Shown here piece after piece: positions 26,601 to 35,634 of a stretch of 64,000 nucleotides of DNA. The DNA comes from Marsupella aquatica (taxonomy: Eukaryota; Plantae; Marchantiophyta). Position 1 is the first letter of the stretch, and each line of letters opens with the position of its first letter. Location of the stretch: NCBI GenBank assembly GCA_973895155.1, contig OZ316899.1, positions 10,042,287 through 10,106,286 of the forward strand. Reading direction: 5' to 3'. A program made the position numbers and the translations under genes. Below the pieces are notes generated by a model that did not search any database, was not told where the DNA came from, and was given only the letters and a program-made list of their open reading frames with translations.

Positions 26601-28275
26601 GTAGGCGTTCAAGGAATCGGGGTATAGCGTGTATGGTTTTGTCAATGGAGGGGCGTATGATAAGTTTACCCTGGGAACATGCTGTGCAGATCTGTTTACT
26701 TTGGGACGGGTGGACGCCAAGTGGGATGCCTACTGTGTCCTGAATGATTCTGTGGTACATGGTAGTACCTGGATGACCAAGGCGAAGATGCCATCGGTCC
26801 GTAAGTGTTCTGGTTGCCTTTTCTGTGTGATATGAATATATGTGAGTGATATAGAGGCCAGGGGGATGGTTTAACAGGGTCTCTTTGATTATAAGTCCTG
26901 TATTGGTTTCGGCCAAAATGTGCAGTACTTCCTGCCGATCTTGTTTGCTGGTATGAATGTGTAGGTTGTTGTCCCGTATATCACGAAAACTTATCAAGTT
27001 TCGGGTGGCTGTAGGGGCGTATATGGCTGATTGAATACGGATGGTTGTTCCGCCAGGAAATCGGATGATTGCTGGGCCATTGCCCTCTTCAATGTGATTC
27101 TGTCCAGTGATGGTTGTGACAGGACGGTTAGATTGAAGGATCTTGGTGAAGTATTTCTTGTGGCGTAGTATCGAATGAGATGTTCCGTTGTCCACAATAC
27201 AATGTGTGGGAGCAGGATCGGCAGGGAGGTCGCTTTGTAAACTAACTGTATGAACCTCAGGTAAAGGTGAAGAGACTACGTAATGGTCAAGGTCATTGGG
27301 TGCCTCTAGGAAATTGCCGTGACGTCCGGGGCCTGGTTGATGCAAATTATCTTGATATAGCTTAACTAAGTGGGCAGGGGCTCGACAAACGTTTTGTGTG
27401 TGACCTTTAGTTCCACATCTAAAACAGGTGGGAGTGTCAAACTTATCTCTGTTATAGGTGAGGTAGTCTCGTCCTCTGCCGCGGACGAAGCTGCGGCCTC
27501 CTCCTCTGTTGCCTCTCTGGTTCCAGGTTTGTCCCGGTGGTGTTTGCCAATCGTTGCTCCTGCCCATGCCCCGGTCGAAACGGCCTCGTCCTCTTCCTGT
27601 CGAACGTCCTCTGCTGCGACTGAAACTTCTGCCTCTGCCTCTGGTGCTGCCTTCTCCTCTGTTGAAGTGGGTCTCGGTCTTGGTTGGTGGTGCAGCACTG
27701 CCGGGTGGTCGAGTTTTGGCGTTTTCAAGGAGCAAAATCTGGTGCTTTTCTGCTAATAGCATGTAAGCGATTAGTTCAGAATATTTGGTAAAGTTCATAT
27801 TACGGTATTGTGCTGAGAGTACCAGGTTTGTAGCATGAAATGTCGATAACGTCTTCTCGATTTGTTCTTCGTCGGATACAGGGTGATCGCACACTACTAG
27901 CTGTGAAGTGATACGAAATAACTCGCTGTTATAATTGGCAATTGTAGCATGGTCTTGAACTCGTAAGTTGATCCAATCATGGCGTGCTGCAGGGAGTGAT
28001 ATAGTTTTCATGTGATCGAATCGAGATTGTAGGTCCTCCCAGAGTAAGCGTGGGTTGTATTGATTCAAGTACTGTCGCTTCAATGGGGCTGCTAAGTGGT
28101 GACGGATGAGGATGAGGGCCTTCGCCTTCTCTTGAAGAGTGCATCCAGCGTCTGTGGTGATCGTGTCTTGGAGAGATTTGGAGCTGAGATGTGCTTCAAT
28201 ATCCAGGGACCACGATAAGTAATTGGCCCCATCGATTGACAGTGCCTCAAATAAGAGTTTCTCTACGGTAGTCAT
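23638..28275 (-). CDS. gag-pol: Copia Gag-PR-IN-RT-RH polyprotein, 1545 aa
   Basis: CFRCGTKGHTQNVC knuckle, IVDNGTSH (PR), WHLRLGHP, DVCGP/VDNAGEF/NGIAE (IN), KRGRP, YGLKQSGRMWY, IYVDD (RT), [15 protein letters not shown] (RH). Confidence 0.97.
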   Translation of the reverse strand: MTTVEKLLFEALSIDGANYLSWSLDIEAHLSSKSLQDTITTDAGCTLQEKAKALILIRHHLAAPLKRQYLNQYNPRLLWEDLQSRFDHMKTISLPAARHDWINLRVQDHATIANYNSELFRITSQLVVCDHPVSDEEQIEKTLSTFHATNLVLSAQYRNMNFTKYSELIAYMLLAEKHQILLLENAKTRPPGSAAPPTKTETHFNRGEGSTRGRGRSFSRSRGRSTGRGRGRFDRGMGRSNDWQTPPGQTWNQRGNRGGGRSFVRGRGRDYLTYNRDKFDTPTCFRCGTKGHTQNVCRAPAHLVKLYQDNLHQPGPGRHGNFLEAPNDLDHYVVSSPLPEVHTVSLQSDLPADPAPTHCIVDNGTSHSILRHKKYFTKILQSNRPVTTITGQNHIEEGNGPAIIRFPGGTTIRIQSAIYAPTATRNLISFRDIRDNNLHIHTSKQDRQEVLHILAETNTGLIIKETLLNHPPGLYITHIYSYHTEKATRTLTDRWHLRLGHPGTTMYHRIIQDTVGIPLGVHPSQSKQICTACSQGKLIIRPSIDKTIHAIPRFLERLHADVCGPIDPPSGPFRYFLVLIDASSKWSQVSLLSTRNLVFSRILSNILKLRSQFPDHPICTLRVDNAGEFTSRTFDTYCETAGIDVQYPVPHVHFQNGIAESLIKRLQMIARPLLLQTNLPISAWGHAIIHASSLIRYRPSAYNQYTPHHLLFGIPPNVSHLRIFGCKVLVPILGPKRTKMGPQRQQGIYVGFDSPSIIRYLEPSTADLFKARFLDCDFIEDDFPKLMENQTPVYTPDLQWQLKPSFQHDPRTVQTEAEVQKILHLQQMLEKLPDAFNDAANVTQSLTPAANAPARIQPTRLATEALPRAKRGRPLGSKDSQPRQRRTTPVVPTIPSPTPAPPGPQPTLVNDNDEIAIQYMHSGQIWKRETTTIDDAFAYMISKEITNDTPDPLTVTECQSRPDWPQWEAAINSELDSLIKHQVFGPITPAPTHSHLTGYRFIFVRKRNAKGEVVRYKARLVAKGYTQIPGQDYDLTHSPVMDSITYRYMIAFALLHKLVMHILDVITAYLYGMLDTKIYMKAPPELLNRLSFHIQGEKSGISVQSLRSGMIQMVPTEPLIAQITNAGPTVHSGGLYSPHNTHQVPPARSKRPQMEYAVQILRSMYGLKQSGRMWYKRFQAEMLALGFINDELAPCLFLKSEAEEFVIIAIYVDDLNIFGTPQLTAHTLRILKGTFEMRDLGPPNFCLGIQFDYLHNGILISQSTYTEKILRQFNMQTAHPVSTPMELRSLDTNKDMFRRRGETEPLLGSDKPYLSAIGALMYLANQTRPDISFAVNLLARHSSQPTIRHWNGLKRIFRYLKGTVDVGLFFPKDAEDKLIGFADAGYLSDPGDAKSQTGYVFLQGGTAISWRSSKQTLTTTSSNHAEIIALYEACRECVWLRSMLHHIHKHTGRQQSKAPTTIYEDNRPCVDQIAHGFIKGDRIKHISSKFFYTHEQHGDQIQVEWIPSRDNRADLFTKPLPPLLHKEHSYGIGMRSLSTLHTEQI

Positions 28276-28607
28276 TGCCTCTATCCAGGGTAGTCTATGA
28301 ATGTGAACTGTTGGAAAATCAATGTCGAATGTTCAGAATGCTATAAATGTCAGATTTAGTGACCTTGAGCATTTTCGTGTGGAGTTCGTGGATGGATGAC
28401 TGTGGCGCTCTTCCTTCGTAAAAGTGAATGTGGGCGATTTGATGGAATGCAAAGTCTCGCTGTAGGAATAATCGTTGATCAATTGGGCGTCGCTTCACAA
28501 AGTTCGGAAGAAAAAAAAATTGCGAAGATGAGAGAGGATGAGTCGTGGGTAGTGCGTCAGTGAAAAAAAAATTTTGTGCTCAGCTTTGGCAGCTCGTGCT
28601 GATAACG

Positions 28608-28804
28608 TATTCAGAGACAAGAAGATGAATAAGAACATACACCAACAACTGGAGGTTCCCTCCAACTTCCATTACCTTATAGTCCCTAAGGACTCGATCT
28701 ATTACATGCGGTTAGGTTGTTACTAACAACCTAAGCTTCGGTTAGTTAGGACTAACTAACTCTACTAACATGACTCGGGTTAGTGTTAACTTCATATTAC
28801 AACA
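28608..28804 (-). repeat. 5' LTR of copia element 2
   Basis: Identical to 23120-23316; PBS adjacent. Confidence 0.95.
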
Positions 28805-31686
28805 GTTTGCACTATGGATCGCGCTTGCCTGTTTACTACAGTGACTTATCTGGATCCAAAGTTAAGGTGCACCCTTCTCATTGCCCATTGTACTCCGGAG
28901 ATTCAAAAATAGTTCTTTCATCCGGCTAGAGTGAATGACAATTCTGTATAACAGTGGTGCCATACCTGCCATATCTGGAATTTAGTGGAGGAAATTGCTA
29001 CTGGATTGCTCCTGACCTCTTTGGAGCAGGTTTTGGACCGCATGCAAGATGATTGTCTCACGAATTCTGGTTGTGAGTCCCTGGATTTTCTCATGAAATC
29101 CATTATTGAAGAATTCAAAACATTTGGAGACCTTGTCAAGGCTAAATTTTTCAACATAATATGGCCGTCAAAGTATGCAAACAAGGAGGACTACACTGAA
29201 CGCAACCGGAAACGAGCCAAACGATACGTTTACCGTTTCTACATGTGGATGGAGTTGCAATCTCCTGAGATTTTATGGGCTTACCCAGGTGCATTTCAAA
29301 GGTGGGTGATGATCAAAGATGGTGACCATCTTGTTGATCTGTATTTGATGTACCCAACTGAGGGAGAGTTTCCACCCCGTGCCTTGTCAGAGTGAGAGAG
29401 ACTCCACTGCCCATGGTATTTAGACACTGACAAATGGGATCTGCCTTTTGACGAGGTGGAGAAAGATTCTTTCATGAAGTTGCAAAAGTCGCAAATCCTT
29501 GCAAGGTATGTCTTGGAGATGAAGCAGGGTCTTGCAATTGAAGTGGACGCTTTGACAACGGAGTTGCTGAAGAAATGCGAGACAATTGTTGTGCATGTTG
29601 ATTGGAGCCGAAAGCCAAGAGTGAAGGCCAAGAATGAATCTGTAGCTCCTAGTGAATCAACTCGCTCTCTTAAAAAAAGTAACTGTTCCCCATAGGATTC
29701 AATTAGGGATTTTTGCTCTTGTTCATATGAGAGGTTCAGATCCCAATTGTTACTAGCACCAAGCGCTACTACTAGAACTAGTTCCGTTTAGTAATGTATC
29801 TCTGTGTTTTAGGGGGAAGGAAGTCGGATGACGCTACTCCTCAGGCCTCTAAAGCTAACACAGGTGCAGAAAATACACCTGATCTGGGAACCCTGGGAGA
29901 GTGGAAAGGCAGTGGTTCCAGTGGACGCCACAAGTATGAAGAAGATGAAAAAGAGAGGACCAATTGACGACAAGCTTGGATCTTCTTCTCGTGATTCAGT
30001 TGCATCAAATGGATTGCAGAGAGATGTAGGGAATTTCAAACGATAGTGTACTCAACATTGTTTTGTCGAGTTGAGTCAAGAGTTGAGTGTTACAGAATGT
30101 TTTGATTTGCTGTTTAACAAGGGAGAAAAACCCGATTGGGTTTCTAATATTGAAGTTTGGGGGAAATAGCTGGTGAAGTCTGGGGATCGAGCAAAAGGGG
30201 TTGTCTGAGGGGGAAAGGAAAGGGCTTTTGGAGTTGATGATGGTTTCCTATATCTACCAACTGGGTTAAAACCAACCCTTGTGGAAAGGAAGGTTCCTAA
30301 ATGGAACCTCCAAGATTATACGATTCCAAGTGCCTTCTTCAGAACAATGGATCCTTTCCTGGCAGATGATGGATTGCTAGCGATTTTGCACAAGGGCGAC
30401 TTTGACCAAGTCTTTGAAGTCATTGCAGCTTGCCAAGATTCAAAGAAATTCCAGTGTATCTCGACACACAATGTTGTAATGGGCACCCCAATGTACAGGC
30501 CTCACTCAGATATTCAGGTACGATAAACATGTCTCCTATTCATACTAGTGTCGGGCGCTATTCTGGAGTTTTTGGTTGGTGTCCTCCTTTTGACAGGGAA
30601 GGTGACACTAGCGCCAAGCGCTAGTGTCGCACATCCTCTAGATGAAAGGTTTTTGTATTCTTGAAGCAGTATCTGATGTTCATTCTAAACAAAATGTGAT
30701 TCGGTGTGCAAAGTTTTACGCTTACTCTCAATGTTTTTGGGCGTGTTTTGTCCAAAGGTAGGATCCCAAATTTTGGCCTCTTTCACATATAGAGGATCCT
30801 TTGATAACCAATCTCATTGGTTTTCCCATTCCAAAAAATGATCCTCTTTCGGAGCTCTCGTTCGCTGGGAATTTAAGGCTGTCTGTGGGTTTCATGCAGT
30901 CAGTTTTAGAATTAATTACCCTTCCTGGGGATATTGTCATGGACTGGACAGTCGGGGCCGGAAGTACATTTGTTGTTGGAGATCATTGTGGGTGGTTTGT
31001 AGTCGGGATTGAAAATCGTAAAGAGTTTCTTGACACAACCACAAAAGTTTTCTTTGGACTTCTAGAGAACAAAGAAGCCTCCACGTCCACACATCGGCAA
31101 GTGGGGAGTAAGAAGCATGACAGACTCCGTGTTGACTTGGGAAAGTAAAGGCCTGAGGCTCAAAAGGGGCTCGGATAGGAAGGTTTTGAAGAACTGATAT
31201 GTCGATGACATTGTGCAAAGCAAGTATGTAGACAACAAAGCTAAGTCTACTGATAGATCACAAAGTAGTAGAACCCCTTTGAATTGTAACAACAAGACAC
31301 AAGTGGAGAATGAACTAGAAGGATGTGGTAGATTACAATTGAACCACACCCAATCAGAATCTACAAGACCCCAAATCAGGGAAGAATTCTTGCCTAACCT
31401 ACCTTCAATTGATATTTAAAATGTAGAAAAGAATTTGAATCCAAAAATTGCCCCATCCTAAAATTAAACTAATGCAAAACACCACCAATATAATCATCCA
31501 AAAACCTATAGACACTTGAAGGAGAATCCAAATCTATAGTACACTTCAGAAATTCAATAGTCATTCCAAAACCTAGGGTTCATTTAAATAACCAAATGCC
31601 CATCTAATCTATCTAGCTTGTAATCCCATGAATTGACCTGGAAACAATCAAACCAACCCAAGTTAGAACCAAATCACAAAATAGCA

Positions 31687-34600
31687 ATGACAACAATAGA
31701 AAAATTGAACTTCTAGGCATTGACCATAGACGTATCTAATTACATGTCTTGGTCACTTGACATTGAAGCACACTTAGCCGCAAAAGACATCCCAAATACA
31801 ATAATCATGGATGCAGGCCCTACCCTCCAAGAAAAAGCAAAGGCCCTGGTATTCATCCGCCACCACCTAGCGGATTCTTTAAAAACCCAGTATATGAACA
31901 AATATAATCCACGAGTATTATGGGATGACCTAAAATTGCGCTTCAACCACATGAAAACCATCTCACTGCCAGCTGCAAGGCATGACTGGATAAACCTCCG
32001 TGTACATGATAACACAACAGTGGCCAATTACAATAGTGAGTTATTCAGAATTACCTCACAATTAGCAGTGTGCGGCCACCCAGTAGATGATGCCAAGTAG
32101 ATAGAGAAGACATTGTCAACATTTCACGCAACAAATCTCATACTATCTGCTCAATACAAGAATATGAATTTTAATAAGTACTCGGAGCTAATAGCTCATA
32201 TGCTATTAGCTGAGAAGCATCAGATTTTATTACTACAAAATTCAAAGTTACGACCACCAAGTACTGCTCCAACCCCCCAGCGATTTGAAGCTCTATATAA
32301 CACTTCAAATATGAACAGACCACCTAACATCAAGGGGAGATGCGGTACCTTCAGAGGAAATCAAGGGCGTAACTTCAACTGGGGCAGAGGCAGAGGAAGA
32401 ACTGGGAATCAACCTGAAACCAGTAGGGGCCTGGGCAAAGGATGGGACAGCAGACCATCACAATGCGAAACGAATTCATATTCACCAAAATGCTTCAAGT
32501 GCGGATCAAAGGGACACCTGAGAAAGGTATGCAGGGCACCACCACACCTTGTAAGACTATATCAAGCAAGTATTAACTCTACGGATAGAACACCACGATG
32601 GAACTATTTAGAAATTGAAGAACAAATAGTCCAATATAAACAAACTCCCACCACACCAGAAGCTCACACAATCACTTATAAATCTGAGACCTTACTAGAT
32701 GACTTAGAAACATGCATCATCAACAGTGGCACTTTGCATACTATATTTAAGGGAAATAAATACTTTAAATACATTAGACCATCCCAACAACCACTAACAA
32801 CAATTACAGGAAAGGACTATATTGAAAAAGGGAATGGCCCTGCTAGGTAGTTTACCAAATGGTACACCCATTCATATTCAGTCTGCAATTTACACACCAC
32901 GAGCTACACATAATTTACTTAGTTTCAGGGATATAAGAGCAAATAACTTATACATATGTACCGCGAAAGACCCCAAAGAAGACTCTTGACAAATCCTAGA
33001 GAGAACCAATGGAGGAATGATCATCAACAAAACTTTAAATACTAATTCATCCACCTGGACTATATGTCACACAAATATTTTCATTTCACACAAAAATACC
33101 AAAACAGGCACTTACCAAACTATGGCATGACAGACTGGGACACCCTGGGACCCATATGTACCACCGGATTATAAATGATACCATAGGTATCCCCCAAGGA
33201 GTCAAACCTTCCTCATTAACCCTGCCATGCCTAGCTTGCTCCCAGGGCAAGTTAGTAATCCGACCATCAATATCTAAGACAATCTACACTATCCCAAAAT
33301 TTCTTGAACAATTAAATGCATACGGTGTGCGGCATAGAACCACCCAGTTGGCCATTCAGGTTCTTTTTAGCTATAATATACTCTTCTACCAAGTGGTCTT
33401 AGGTCTCGTTGTTCTCAACTTGTAACACCGTCTTCTCAAGGATACGGCACATATGATCAAATTAAGAGCCCAGTTCCTGGGGAACCCCATGAAGGTTTTA
33501 CGAGTGGACAACGCTGGAGAGTTTACATAAAACATTCAAAGGTTTCTGTGCCATTGCAAGCATTGATATTCAGTATCTAGTGCCATATGTTCACTTCCAA
33601 AATGGGATAGCAGAATCCCTCATAAAAAGGATATAGATGATCTCAAGACCATTGTTATTGAGAACACAACTGCCCACATCCGCCTGGGGACATGTAGTTC
33701 TCCATGTTGCGTCCTTACTCCAGCTTTGACCATCTGCATTTAACCAACAGACACCTTATCACTTGGCACATGGAATCCCACCAGACGTCTCACACTTAAG
33801 GGTATTCGGCTGCCAAGTCCTTGTCCCAATATTAGGCCCCACATGAACTAAAATGGGCCTATAGAGACACAAAGGCATTTATATTGGCCACAATTCACCA
33901 TCTATAATTTGGTACTTGGAACCAACTACAGGAGACGTCTTTAAAGCCCGGTTCCAACACTGTCATTTTTATGAGGATATATTCCCTCAACTTTTTGCTA
34001 AGGAATCATCACTGAACCTCACGAAAATACCAGAGTTACAGTGGAAATCTAAAGCTATTTTTGTCAATGATCCGAGAACTAGATAGACAGAAGAGGAAGT
34101 CCAAAGAATACTTCACCTTGTACAAATGCTAGAGAAGCTACCGGATGGAATTTAATGATGCAACAGCGGTCACTAGATCACATAATCAAAGCCGCCAATG
34201 TACCCGCCCGCTTGGCCCAGACTGAAAACCGAGCTACTGATGAAGTAACAAAAGCAAAAAGAGGACACCCACCAGGAGCAAAGGATAGACCAGACCCAGA
34301 GTGAAGCGCACTACAAGACCTATAGCAACAACCACAACATCGGAACCTGCAGAAACCAGAGAAGTACCACATGAAAATGAAGAAATTTTGATAAACTACA
34401 TGCATACAGGCAAAGTCTGGTCTAGGGCTAAAGTTGATATGAGTAATCAATTTGCATACCAAATATCTCAAGAGATTGAAAATGACACCCCAGACCCACT
34501 CACAGTCAAAGAAGCACAACACAAGGAAGACTAGCCACTCTGGGAAGCTGCAATCAATTCCGAGCTAGACTCTCTAATTAAACGCCATGTCTTTGGACCA

Positions 34601-35046
34601 ATTATTTCAGTCCCACCAGGTACACAATACACAGGATACAAATTCACTTTTGTCCAACAAAGAAATGCCAGCAAAGAAGTGATTCGTTACAAGGCCCGAT
34701 TAGTGGCTGAGAGATATACATAGATCCCTGGAAGAGACTATGACCAAACTTATTCCCCGGTCATGGATGCCATCACATATCGCTACATGATATCCTTTGC
34801 ATTGAAGCACAAATTAGTTATGCATTTGATGGATGTTGTCACCGCATACCTTTATGGCATTCTTGATACAGAAATATATATGCAGGCACCCCTCGAGTTA
34901 TTACAAAGAGTTGCATTTCTTATTCAGGGGGAGAGATTGCATGAATCACCACCAGACCTATAGTCTGACATATGGCAAATAGCTCCTACTGAGGATCTGA
35001 GAAAACAAATACTAAACTATGGCCTTTTTGGCCATAGGAGATCAGA
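31687..35046 (+). pseudogene. Copia element 3: gag-PR-IN and RT N-terminal part
   Basis: MTTIEKL..., LPAARHDWINLRV, CFKCGSKGHLRKVC, MDAITYRYMI, MDVVTAYLYG; many stops; clearly homologous to element 2. Confidence 0.9.
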
Positions 35047-35634
35047 CACTAGTACATTTTTGGCCCTTTTTCCGATCCTAACAACATCGGACCCCTTCAG
35101 AAATTTTGACGCAGAAAAATGAGGCGTCCGATGTGATTTACTTCGCAATTTCCCATACTTCACTCATCGGATATTGACAATCAGACATCCATCGGACTTT
35201 CCGTTGCTGAAACAATTGGTACATCCGTTACTGGATGTTTTGGATAATTTGTGTCCGATTCTAGTTTCATCGGATACTAAGATGCTACAGCAAGGTAATA
35301 TCCAGGGTCCAATGTATTTTATATGGGATAGTCCGACGTAAAACATATCAGAGTTTGCGTAGCAATACGTATCAGGACATCCGTAGTGGCTTGTAACGCA
35401 AATTGCAATGCTGAAAATATCGGACATTTGGGAGGAGGGGAAGAGCATGCTCAAAGCAAGGTAGTGGTTGAATTAAATATGAGGTTTTCACAATGGGGAA
35501 CACCCCAATATGTACAAAATGAAATGGGCAGATAGGCAGTAGAGCCATATGGCCGGTGACGGCTACATGAAACACCAAAATGAGGTTATAACTGGCCTAC
35601 ACTATGTGGTACCTCTAATCAAAGCTATCAGACA

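Larger units (their letters stand above)
23120..28804 (-). mobile_element. Ty1/copia LTR retrotransposon, Bianca-like (element 2), intact and very young
   Basis: Identical 197-bp LTRs 23120-23316 and 28608-28804; TSD GTTTG at 23115-23119 and 28805-28809; PBS 28594-28607; PPT 23317-23327; single uninterrupted ORF. Confidence 0.97.
21979..31148 (+). pseudogene. Spliced gene: N-terminal ParB/Sulfiredoxin-like domain and C-terminal beta-class N6A/N4C DNA methyltransferase-like domain; interrupted by copia element 2
   Basis: Reading through stops: IPLCRL..VVRTL...VFDGNHRLYLW (DGNHRL at 22372-22389). Frame continues across the copia TSD (PDIVVC|TMDRAC). C-terminus: VDDGFLYLPTG...W...FLADDGLLAILH, then FMQSVLELITLPGDIVMDWTVGAGST...GWFVVGIENRKEF. 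GT-AG introns at ~22521-22650, ~29679-29812 and ~30518-30669. Start codon uncertain. Confidence 0.7.
8700..31200. mobile_element. Large decayed Mutator-like (MULE) DNA element with two divergent genes; ends not resolved; hosts the LINE and copia element 2
   Basis: Minus-strand DDE transposase remnants, a plus-strand ParB/MTase-like gene, and a shared 15-bp palindrome in non-coding parts of both; no TIR pair found, so boundaries are approximate. Confidence 0.6.

Noticed and set aside
21979-31148. Bacterial or phage contamination as the source of the ParB/MTase motifs
   Set aside because: The gene has GT-AG introns, carries a plant copia insertion with a TSD and shows the same decay as its neighbours.
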